The position numbers were made by a program, and so were the translations under genes. A DNA stretch of 64,000 nt, from contig NZ_JBFHIT010000009.1 in the NCBI RefSeq assembly GCF_041596335.1, positions 29,458-93,457 on the forward strand, read 5' to 3'. Under the pieces are notes generated by a model. It worked only from the letters and a program-made list of their open reading frames with translations. It had not been told where the DNA came from and did not search any database. How positions within the stretch are numbered: position 1 is the first letter of the stretch; every line of letters starts with the position of its first letter. The DNA is from Mangrovibacterium sp. (GTDB lineage: Bacteria; Bacteroidota; Bacteroidia; Bacteroidales; Prolixibacteraceae). Below, piece by piece: positions 48,903-56,451 of this stretch.

Positions 48903-49661
48903 TTAAAATTTTAATTGTAAAACTTTGGATTGTTCGTCGCTTAGATAACTGATCATACTTACAACTCCTGAATTTGAATTTCTGAACATGCAGTATGCCG
49001 GTTTGTAGTTCGTTATGAAGTAGTTTGGATTCCCGGTAGATTTAGGTAGATCACTGTATTTCCTTTCAGTTCTATACGGGATCATAAGCTGAGAGAACGA
49101 AGCCGGAAAGTCTTCTTTGCAAAAATTACACCCAATATTATTGAGTGAATTAATGGTCGCGCAAAACTTTTGAATGAGAATCAAAACCGTATTTTCCTGC
49201 TCGTTTCTCGTGTAATGAGAATTTGAGTCTACAATCTGGGAAACTAACTCGGACGTAGCTTCAAACGATTCTCCATTAAAAATTGACTTAAATTGATTCT
49301 GCCATCCTGGGAGATGAATAGTTGTTTCTTGAAATGCCTGAACTGCCATTATGATATTTGTGAAATCTGGCAATTCAACCATTTCAATAAGCTTATCAAT
49401 TTTCACGCTGAGAGAATTCATAAAATCAGAATACCGCTCATCCTGTTCAATGTGGAGAACCTGGAAGAAACGCAACAAATCTCTAGTTGCTGCCAGTGTC
49501 GATAAGTCTTTCAATTCAATAGGACTTTTAAACCTCTTTTGCCATTCAGAAGAGAGATGATTTAAAGCTTCAATCAATTCATCCCAACGATTAAGCTCTG
49601 TTTTGATTCTCTCTTCATCTTTCCCGATTAACATCGGTGTAAATTCACTTTTCATTTTCAT
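48903..49661 (-). CDS. Hypothetical protein, 252 aa, mostly helical
   Basis: Long ORF tightly coupled to its neighbours; no recognised motif. Confidence 0.6.
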   Translation of the reverse strand: MKMKSEFTPMLIGKDEERIKTELNRWDELIEALNHLSSEWQKRFKSPIELKDLSTLAATRDLLRFFQVLHIEQDERYSDFMNSLSVKIDKLIEMVELPDFTNIIMAVQAFQETTIHLPGWQNQFKSIFNGESFEATSELVSQIVDSNSHYTRNEQENTVLILIQKFCATINSLNNIGCNFCKEDFPASFSQLMIPYRTERKYSDLPKSTGNPNYFITNYKPAYCMFRNSNSGVVSMISYLSDEQSKVLQLKF

Positions 49662-49815
49662 TACTTTTTGTTGTTAATAAAATATTCTTAAGCCTTCTGT
49701 ATAGAAAGTCGCTTTTGGTTGTATTGAGCATCTTTGTTAGTTGCTCAAAATTTCGCTTCTCTTCCCTTGTCAACCGAAAAGAAACTACTTCGCTCTTTGG
49801 GAATTTTATTGTCAT
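49645..49815 (-). CDS. Ribbon-helix-helix (MobC/CopG-like) small protein
   Basis: MTIKFPKSEVVSFRLTREEKRNFEQLTKMLNTTKSDFL: beta strand followed by two helices. Confidence 0.6.
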   Translation of the reverse strand: MTIKFPKSEVVSFRLTREEKRNFEQLTKMLNTTKSDFLYRRLKNILLTTKSNENEK

Positions 49816-50074
49816 GTTTTTTATTTCCAATGTGAGCAAATAGAGTCAAAACCAAAAGGACAACTTGAAAAATGACTTTTTCACGAATGGCTAAACTGTT
49901 GATTATCAGCGTGTCAAATATTATTGATAAATAGAACAGGAAATTATTTAGAAAGATTCTAATAAAAAGAGGGAGAAGATCTCCCATAATGAAAAAAGCA
50001 CCCTTTTAACAAGAGTGCTTTGATGGATTTTAAAATTTTGAATTATCATGATAATATCTTTCAAAAATCCACTT

Positions 50075-50089
50075 AAAAAAGCGGGGGAC
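50075..50089 (-). terminator. Probable terminator of the replication operon
   Basis: Minus strand AGCG-TCCCC-CGCT followed by TTTTTT, just after the stop at 50094; the stem is short. Confidence 0.5.
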
Positions 50090-50093
50090 GCTG

Positions 50094-50306
50094 TTATTTT
50101 GCGTTGCTCAATTTCTCAAGATCAATCTCAATGAAGGGGAGGTTTTCCTTTAAATTCACCAGATCCATTTCTAGGCCTGCTAATGTTGCTAAATGAGTCA
50201 ATGTTTCCTCACCAGCGTTATTAAAAATTAAGAAATCTTTGGTTTTGCGAATCTCTTCGATATAGATTGCAATAGTTTCTTCTAATAGTAAATCTGATCG
50301 CATCAT
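50094..50306 (-). CDS. Hypothetical protein, 70 aa
   Basis: Directly follows the primase on the same strand. Confidence 0.5.
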   Translation of the reverse strand: MMRSDLLLEETIAIYIEEIRKTKDFLIFNNAGEETLTHLATLAGLEMDLVNLKENLPFIEIDLEKLSNAK

Positions 50307-50310
50307 AATT

Positions 50311-51150
50311 CTAAATTTTATTGATTAATAATTCGTTGAAATCTTTATAATTTGGATATATCATTTCTGCCTGGTTGATCGTGTTCGGGTGTGCGTTTAT
50401 AATTCGTTGAGCGGCTTCTTTACCGGCTGGATCTGTGTCCAGGTAGAGGTTAACCCGGTTGTACTTTTGAAGATCCACCAATAGGGCTTCGTTTATATTG
50501 TTGAGTGAATTGAGAACAATTGTATTGTTTTTTGCTTCGAGAGATCTAAAGTATTCGAGAGCAGATAGGAAGTCCGGCCAACCTTCAAACAGGTTTACCG
50601 ACTTTGTAACTCCTGGAATTGTTGTGATTGCTTTGGGAGAACTGCCACCTTTGAAATATTTATTTCGAAGTTCAAACCCGCCTTTGTCGTTTTTGAATGC
50701 CAGGGCGAAATAATTTTTATCGTTGGCTCGATAATAGGCTTCCTTCAGGTACTTTTCGGCAATTGTGGCCGAAATCTTCCGGGAATTCAGGTATTGAATT
50801 AATGCCCGGTTTTGCAGCGGTTGGAGGTGCTTAATCTCAATTCCAGGATCAACAGGCTGGTCAAAAGAAAAAGATTCGACTGGTGCAGGGGAGAAGCCCG
50901 ATAGGATCAGCAACGCGCCGGCAACCGATACCCCAGACAGGTAGCAAACCAGATCCACCGGGCGGCCACCTTTGCCCGATCCGAAATCATACCAGACATT
51001 TTTAACCCGGTCAATTTTCAAACTCGCTTGGCTCTCGTTGCGGTTTGGTGACTTAAACCAAATATCATGTTTCCTGACTTCTCCACTTTGGTTATAGTGC
51101 AGGGTCAGAATGTGGGTGCACGGGATATTATTTGCTTCGTTGCAATTCAT
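50311..51150 (-). CDS. DNA primase (N-terminal zinc-binding-like domain plus Toprim)
   Basis: WFKSPNRNESQASLK, WYDFGSGKGG, GGFELRN, LFEGWPDFLS, LYLDTDPAG, YKDFNE. Confidence 0.88.
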   Translation of the reverse strand: MNCNEANNIPCTHILTLHYNQSGEVRKHDIWFKSPNRNESQASLKIDRVKNVWYDFGSGKGGRPVDLVCYLSGVSVAGALLILSGFSPAPVESFSFDQPVDPGIEIKHLQPLQNRALIQYLNSRKISATIAEKYLKEAYYRANDKNYFALAFKNDKGGFELRNKYFKGGSSPKAITTIPGVTKSVNLFEGWPDFLSALEYFRSLEAKNNTIVLNSLNNINEALLVDLQKYNRVNLYLDTDPAGKEAAQRIINAHPNTINQAEMIYPNYKDFNELLINKI

Positions 51151-51188
51151 GTTCTTTTCTTTTTTGACTAGCAATTCTGTTTAGTGCT

Positions 51189-51482
51189 CGGACAACTATT
51201 AACGCTCCTCTGTCCGGTTCCATTCCCGGACGGACAGAATAGATAGCCTTGTCCGTCCGATTATCTTACCGGACAACTCTGTCCAGTCTTATTTTTAATT
51301 TATATATATAATAATGATATGTAGCAAGTTACGGCTGTCCGGTTTTGTCCGGGAAGGCAGTTAAGCCTTGACTGCGGCAAATGGCTGTCCGATATGTCCA
51401 GCATGTCCGGGCAGTCCGGGCTGTCCATTATCTGAATATTTGTCCGGTAAAGTCCGCATGTCCGGTTTGTCCGGCTTGTCCA
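51189..51482. repeat. Iteron-like TGTCCG cluster around an AT-rich core (putative replication origin)
   Basis: About 20 (T/A)GTCC(G/A) motifs, many at ~9-bp spacing (e.g. 51386, 51395, 51404, 51413, 51422), with inverted copies at 51189, 51231 and 51269; AT-rich stretch 51289-51320. Confidence 0.7.
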
Positions 51483-52464
51483 GTTCTTCTTTTATAGAAT
51501 TTCCCCAGTGAGGGCTATCCTTTAGCCAATCCGCAACGGTGGACTTTGATTTTCCAACTTTGGCGGCTATTTCTCTAATCGTTAATTGTGGGTTTTGATT
51601 TTTTAGGGAGAATGCCATGATCTTGGGATCATCGGTCGAAATGCTCAGATTGTCAGATTCTGAGCTGGTGCCAATCTCAAAGAACTGGAGAAAATCTCCG
51701 TCTTTATCAATCCCAAATTCTAAAACATTACCGGAGTGATAGACCGGCTCACAGCTTCTTGACGGCTTAACTTGTTTTAAATATCGGTTTGATGATCCTT
51801 TCGAGCTTTTACCGATTGCAAAAACTGAATCGGCAAAGTTTGAGAGATGTTTAGATCCTGAAAGATCGGAAATAGTAATAGGTGAGTTTTCAGCTCTTTT
51901 GGGGGTGTGGGCTAAAACTAAAACACTCAATTCATGCTCTCGTTTTAGTTCAATAAGCTTTCTCATTATATCTAAAGAGGCTTGCTGATCCTGTGTGGTC
52001 TGAGTATTAAGGAAAGTGATATTATCAATAATTAGGATTTTAGCCCTTGTCTCAATAATATCATTTTTGAACTTATGAAAAATCGATTCTAGAAAGCTCA
52101 GTTTTGGATCTTTGTCAAATAGCTCAATGAAATCTATGTTATCGATAAAAAAGTTATCTGAGAATTCATGGATTTTCCCGGTTTTATCATCCTGGTATCT
52201 TTTTTGGAATTGTTTGTCAGATAGCTCAAAGTCATAATAGAGCACTATTTGTGGTTCACATTCATTTAGTAATGAATCAGTAACATTTACACCTTTGCTT
52301 AGGCCATCTCCAGTCTGTATGCTAAATATTGATTTTCCGACTCCAGTATCTGCAAACAATATTGCAACTTCTCCACTGTGCCAAATTGGACCTAATAGAG
52401 AAAGAATATCCGGCTGCTTTTGAGCGTCCTCAATTCTTTGATTTGCGGTTCTTATTCTTTTCAT
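51361..52464 (-). CDS. AAA-family ATPase/helicase (AAA_25-like) with C-terminal HTH
   Basis: Walker A FADTGVGKS, YYDFEL, Walker B IIDNIT, LAHTPK, GSKHLSNFADSVF; TIREIAAKVGKSKSTVADWLK HTH. Confidence 0.85.
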   Translation of the reverse strand: MKRIRTANQRIEDAQKQPDILSLLGPIWHSGEVAILFADTGVGKSIFSIQTGDGLSKGVNVTDSLLNECEPQIVLYYDFELSDKQFQKRYQDDKTGKIHEFSDNFFIDNIDFIELFDKDPKLSFLESIFHKFKNDIIETRAKILIIDNITFLNTQTTQDQQASLDIMRKLIELKREHELSVLVLAHTPKRAENSPITISDLSGSKHLSNFADSVFAIGKSSKGSSNRYLKQVKPSRSCEPVYHSGNVLEFGIDKDGDFLQFFEIGTSSESDNLSISTDDPKIMAFSLKNQNPQLTIREIAAKVGKSKSTVADWLKDSPHWGNSIKEELDKPDKPDMRTLPDKYSDNGQPGLPGHAGHIGQPFAAVKA

Positions 52465-52481
52465 TCGTCCCCCTTACAAGT

Positions 52482-52619
52482 TCATTTATTCTTATTCTGG
52501 TTTCTCTCCCGGATTACCTTCTGAAGCCAGAGTATTCGCTCAGCTCGTTCCTGGCTAATTTCTACCTTGCCGATTCCGGGAAAAGCGGCGGTGTATTTTT
52601 TCTTTTTTTCTGCGCTCAT
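52482..52619 (-). CDS. Unlisted 45-aa basic protein
   Basis: Own translation: MSAEKKKKYTAAFPGIGKVEISQERAERILWLQKVIRERNQNKNK*; fills the gap between xis and the AAA gene. Confidence 0.5.
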   Translation of the reverse strand: MSAEKKKKYTAAFPGIGKVEISQERAERILWLQKVIRERNQNKNK

Positions 52620-52621
52620 GA

Positions 52622-52939
52622 TTATTTGTTTAGAAACGAATAGTCCTGCGGCTGATCCTTTGCAATCACTTTGATTGATTGTATCCAGGCGGCAACCTCT
52701 CCGCGTTTTACGAATAACCTCCGTCCGGGCTGGTAGTATGAAAGTTCGTTGTTGTTGATGGCCTTACGTAGCATGTAGTCTTTGCAGCCAAACTCTTTTT
52801 CAGCCGTTTGCAGGGTTATAAACTGCTCAGGATCTTTAAGAGCTGAGGCGGGTTCTTTACTTAGTGCCTGGTTAATGCACTTTTCTACTATTGGCTTTAC
52901 AAAGGCCTCCAGAGCTTCAAGTATTTTTTCTTCTTTCAT
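52622..52939 (-). CDS. Excisionase-like helix-turn-helix protein
   Basis: FITLQTAEKEFG...LRKAINNNELSYYQPGRRLFVKRGEVAAWI. Confidence 0.75.
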   Translation of the reverse strand: MKEEKILEALEAFVKPIVEKCINQALSKEPASALKDPEQFITLQTAEKEFGCKDYMLRKAINNNELSYYQPGRRLFVKRGEVAAWIQSIKVIAKDQPQDYSFLNK

Positions 52940-52949
52940 GAGCAGGATT

Positions 52950-53111
52950 TTAAAAGTTGGGGATTACTAATCGAATGGCAAAGCGGATTAACTCACTCTG
53001 GCTAACCTGTTCTTTTTCGCAGAACTGTTTTAGCTTCTTTACCTCTTCGGGTGAAGCTTTAAAACCCAAAAGCTTTGTTTTATGGGTCTTCTTTGGGATC
53101 TTGAATGTCAT
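52950..53111 (-). CDS. Unlisted 53-aa ribbon-helix-helix protein
   Basis: Own translation: MTFKIPKKTHKTKLLGFKASPEEVKKLKQFCEKEQVSQSELIRFAIRLVIPNF*. Confidence 0.6.
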   Translation of the reverse strand: MTFKIPKKTHKTKLLGFKASPEEVKKLKQFCEKEQVSQSELIRFAIRLVIPNF

Positions 53112-53186
53112 GATAATGAGTGTTTTAACTTTTATTACTAATAACGTTAAACAAAGGTCATTAACTCAAAAAACGAAATAAAGGAC

Positions 53187-53215
53187 AAAATACAATTTGT
53201 AACAATTTGTATTTT
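53187..53215. promoter_or_regulatory. Near-palindromic operator with tandem ACAATTTGT sites
   Basis: AAAATACAATTTGTAACAATTTGTATTTT; ACAATTTGT at 53192 and 53202. Confidence 0.5.
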
Positions 53216-53307
53216 AGCATTTTGTGGATTTACTATTTTCCTTGACTTTAGTTAAGGATCTATAAGACAGGAATATAAATTCGTTTCAGAAAATGACAAG
53301 ATGTAGG

Positions 53308-54213
53308 TTATTTTTTTAATAGCCAGTCAAAAAAAGTATCGTGATACCTGTTAATATCGTGATATAACGCAATTACTTTTGGGTTCTTACAAACTCTGGC
53401 AATTGTGGTTTTAGAGTGATTGTATTTGGCTGCTAGTTGGGAGTAGGATATATCATTTTGAATGTGGTCTTGATATATTTCAACCAGTTCTTTATCCCAT
53501 ATTCTTTTATGTAGGTGTCTTTCTTCAAACAGATCTCTACTTCTCAACCGGTGATCCTCCCGTGAACTATGTAATTTTCGTTTGAGAGTCGCTGTTTTGA
53601 TATGAGATTCATTAATCCCGGTAATTGCCTTTACCTCTTCTATTGCAGCATCAATAGTTTTGTGATAGAAGCATTTTGAATTGATGTAATCGTAGAAAAA
53701 ACTGTTTAGGGATTCATTGATCGAGCGAATCCTTTTAGCGTACGTATTCAGGAAAATAGAAGAGTTATAGTCTCCAGTTTTTCTTTTGTACTTATTTACT
53801 CGTTTTATAGGAAAGGTGATTTTTACGAGGGAATATCCGGTCAATACAAACTGTTTCAGCTCTGGCGGTAAGTTTTTTCTGCTTTTGTACCACTCAATAG
53901 TTAAATCATCATAATCATTAACTAGCGGCTCAATGCCATCAAGTAACATCATGAAATACATATCTATGATATGACAGATACGGTCTTCTCTCATACTTTC
54001 ATCGGAGTAGATTCTTTCAAACTTGTACTTGCCTAGTTTTCTGGCATTAGATAATGATTTGATGTATTTCTCTGTTTCTTCCCGGGGAATCAGTGGCCAA
54101 ATACGATCCCAATCCACTTTTATAAACTTTGCCAAGTGTGGCTTAAGCGGTAAAATGACAAACCTGGTAGGCCGTTTTTGCGGTTTGTCGGGTAATTTGT
54201 TAATTTTGTCCAT
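53308..54213 (-). CDS. Hypothetical 301-aa protein with C-terminal HTH
   Basis: ISYSQLAAKYNHSKTTIARV HTH at the C-terminus. Confidence 0.6.
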   Translation of the reverse strand: MDKINKLPDKPQKRPTRFVILPLKPHLAKFIKVDWDRIWPLIPREETEKYIKSLSNARKLGKYKFERIYSDESMREDRICHIIDMYFMMLLDGIEPLVNDYDDLTIEWYKSRKNLPPELKQFVLTGYSLVKITFPIKRVNKYKRKTGDYNSSIFLNTYAKRIRSINESLNSFFYDYINSKCFYHKTIDAAIEEVKAITGINESHIKTATLKRKLHSSREDHRLRSRDLFEERHLHKRIWDKELVEIYQDHIQNDISYSQLAAKYNHSKTTIARVCKNPKVIALYHDINRYHDTFFDWLLKK

Positions 54214-54295
54214 GTCTAAATTTTATTTTAGGTGAGAGGCTTGTGATACTTTGGTCGGTGCACAGGCCTTTCTTTATTATTGCAGATTACAATTT

Positions 54296-54646
54296 TTAAT
54301 CAACTTCGTTTTCTTCGTGCAGTTCCCGCTTTAGAGCGTGTTTTACCAGTTGATTTAGGGTAATGCCCTTGGCGGCTGCTACTTGAGCGGCTTTCCGGTG
54401 GAGGTCAACACTAAGCCGAACATTAAAACTCCCTTTGTACGATTTTTCTACCGGCTTTCCTTCTCTTTTGCAGTCCTCAATATGCAGATCCACCATTTCC
54501 TCAAAGGCGGCCTCCAGTTCGTCAACGGTCGTTCCTTCAAAAGTTACCAGGTCGTTTATCCCTTCAACTTTACCAAAGAAAACCCGGTCGTCGGCACTGT
54601 AATTAACTGTGCCCATAAAACCTTTGTACTCCATTACATTTTTCAT
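54296..54646 (-). CDS. hicB: HicB antitoxin
   Basis: MEYKGFMGTVNYS, FFGKVEGINDLVTFEG, YKGSFNVRL RHH. Confidence 0.9.
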   Translation of the reverse strand: MKNVMEYKGFMGTVNYSADDRVFFGKVEGINDLVTFEGTTVDELEAAFEEMVDLHIEDCKREGKPVEKSYKGSFNVRLSVDLHRKAAQVAAAKGITLNQLVKHALKRELHEENEVD

Positions 54647-54891
54647 AGTGCATTCATGTTTTTTAGTTCCTGTTCAATTTGATCCAGCTGGTAGCGTTTT
54701 AAGATGTTGCCCGGATGTGGCTTGTGCAGTTTCATTTTGTGCCCGTTTTCTTCTTTGGCAAAAACAACTCTTGATCCGGCTCCCTGGGCTTGTTTGTAAC
54801 CAAAGTGGGACAACAGGGTAAGCAGCTCGTTGTAAGTAAAATCTTTGGGTTTGCTCTTAAACCGGCTAATCAGCTTTTCAATTTTGCTCAT
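54643..54891 (-). CDS. hicA: HicA toxin
   Basis: DFTYNEL, GAGSRVVF, LHKPHPGNILKRYQ; overlaps the hicB start. Confidence 0.88.
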   Translation of the reverse strand: MSKIEKLISRFKSKPKDFTYNELLTLLSHFGYKQAQGAGSRVVFAKEENGHKMKLHKPHPGNILKRYQLDQIEQELKNMNAL

Positions 54892-54938
54892 AGTACAAAT
54901 ATATAAAAATGCAACTAAATAACAGTCGCAAAAGGTTG

Positions 54939-56174
54939 CTATAATAGTTTTCTGTTCATTTCGTCCAGGTAGCTATCCTCAAAGCTTTTGAGGTAGATTG
55001 TCGTTGTCTTTTCGTTGGTGTGTCCCATTCCTTCCGATATAGCAGCCACCGGAGAACCCAATTGTTTTTGGATAGTTGCCCAACTGTGCCGGGCTACATA
55101 AGTAGTCAACGGCTCAATCCCTAACTCATTCGATAAGTCTTTTAGTTTCCGGTTGGTTTGACGTAGTACAGTTTTAATCCGTTCCTTTTGCTCCTTGGGT
55201 GTTTTATAAATCTTGTCGTTTAATATTGGTAGCAAGTAGTTACCGGCGTAAGGATGTTTTGAAAAATACTTTAGCATATCGCTAACTGGTTCCATAATCT
55301 CAATCGAAAACCGCTGTTTGTTCCGGGTCTTGATCCTGGAATAGATGATCCGGTTTCCGGATAGGTTGTCTTTGGTGAGGTAGGCCATGTCCGTAAAGTT
55401 CATACCACGGGTGTAAAAGCTGAACAGGAAATAAAGCCGGGCATCGTGTAAAGAGGACAGGGGCTTTGTTTCGGCATTCTCAACCAGTCTGATCGTGTCC
55501 AGGCTTACAGCCCGTTTCCTGGTGACGGTTTCCAGCGCGCTTATTTTGTACCCGTTTGGTTTTGTGTTGTTGTGGAACGGATACAGATCGGCTGGTGTAA
55601 TGTCGGCGGCAATGGCTTTATTGTATGTCGCCCGGAGTGTACGCATATACAAAACCATCCCGTTTCCCTTCATTCCCTTCTGGGTGAGGTGTGTCTCATA
55701 ATCTTCCAGAAATGAAAGATCGATGTCGGTAAAGCGAAGTCCGGACACCGGTTTAAAATTCCACAGTGAGTTTTTCACCGTCTTATAAATCCCGGCGTTG
55801 CCGATCTTGTTTTTCTTTTCAAGGCCTTTGATCAACTGGTCAAAAAAAGGATAGACGTAGTTTTGATCTTTGATCTTGAAAAAATACTTTTTGAAGGTCT
55901 CCAGGGTTACCGGAATGTTTCTTTTTTCAAGATCCAGTAAAACACTGTGTGCCTCGGCTTCCCGCTGAATTACAAAAGCATTGATCTGCTTGTACTGCTT
56001 TACTCCGGATGCTGGTTTTATTTGCCCATCGGTGAAATGATCCGGAAAAAACCGTTCGTTAATCTTTAAGTCGATGTAATATTTCACCCGGTGCATGGTT
56101 AAGCGGAGAACAATTTTTCTTTTTCCTCTCGCATCTTTATTAATCGGGTGAAGCATGATTTTTAGTGTTGCCAT
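54939..56174 (-). CDS. int: Site-specific tyrosine integrase (Bacteroidota Arm-DNA-bind / SAM-like / catalytic domains)
   Basis: FLFSFYTRGMNFTDM (R substituted by N), YSRIKT, TTYVARHSWAT, EGMGH, TTIY catalytic Tyr. Confidence 0.93.
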   Translation of the reverse strand: MATLKIMLHPINKDARGKRKIVLRLTMHRVKYYIDLKINERFFPDHFTDGQIKPASGVKQYKQINAFVIQREAEAHSVLLDLEKRNIPVTLETFKKYFFKIKDQNYVYPFFDQLIKGLEKKNKIGNAGIYKTVKNSLWNFKPVSGLRFTDIDLSFLEDYETHLTQKGMKGNGMVLYMRTLRATYNKAIAADITPADLYPFHNNTKPNGYKISALETVTRKRAVSLDTIRLVENAETKPLSSLHDARLYFLFSFYTRGMNFTDMAYLTKDNLSGNRIIYSRIKTRNKQRFSIEIMEPVSDMLKYFSKHPYAGNYLLPILNDKIYKTPKEQKERIKTVLRQTNRKLKDLSNELGIEPLTTYVARHSWATIQKQLGSPVAAISEGMGHTNEKTTTIYLKSFEDSYLDEMNRKLL

Positions 56175-56175
56175 A

Positions 56176-56218
56176 TTATAACCACGTTATAACCACAAAG
56201 GTAAAAAGGTGGTTATAA
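56176..56218. repeat. Probable integrase arm-type sites, right arm, overlapping the int promoter
   Basis: TTATAACCAC at 56176 and 56187, inverted GTGGTTATAA at 56209; minus-strand TACCTTTG (-7 element) at 56196-56203. Confidence 0.7.
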
Positions 56219-56322
56219 TTTGCAATAGTAAACCCTAAAAAATATTGCTGTAAGTATCGTAAAAACAGACTTTTAGTTGTTAATAACTTTTGACCCTTAA
56301 ATGGGTTTTGACCTGTCGTTCT

Positions 56323-56351
56323 AGCTTCACACACTGACGGCTTTCTTATTT
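56323..56351 (+). repeat. attR core direct repeat
   Basis: Identical to 47168-47196 but lacks the 5' arm of the terminator stem. Confidence 0.93.
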
Positions 56352-56451
56352 TCCATTCCTCCCTTAATTCATTTTCGCTAAGTAAACTCTTTGCTTACCT
56401 TATTCCGAAACTAACCGGGCTTTTGTATCTTCGCCTTTAAACACGAATAGT

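Larger units (their letters stand above)
47168..56351. mobile_element. Integrated tyrosine-recombinase element (9,155-bp unit), PICI/NBU-like, no recognisable relaxase
   Basis: Perfect 29-bp flanking repeats; integrase next to attR; xis-like HTH, AAA ATPase, Toprim primase, iteron cluster, HicAB; all genes on the minus strand. Confidence 0.92.
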
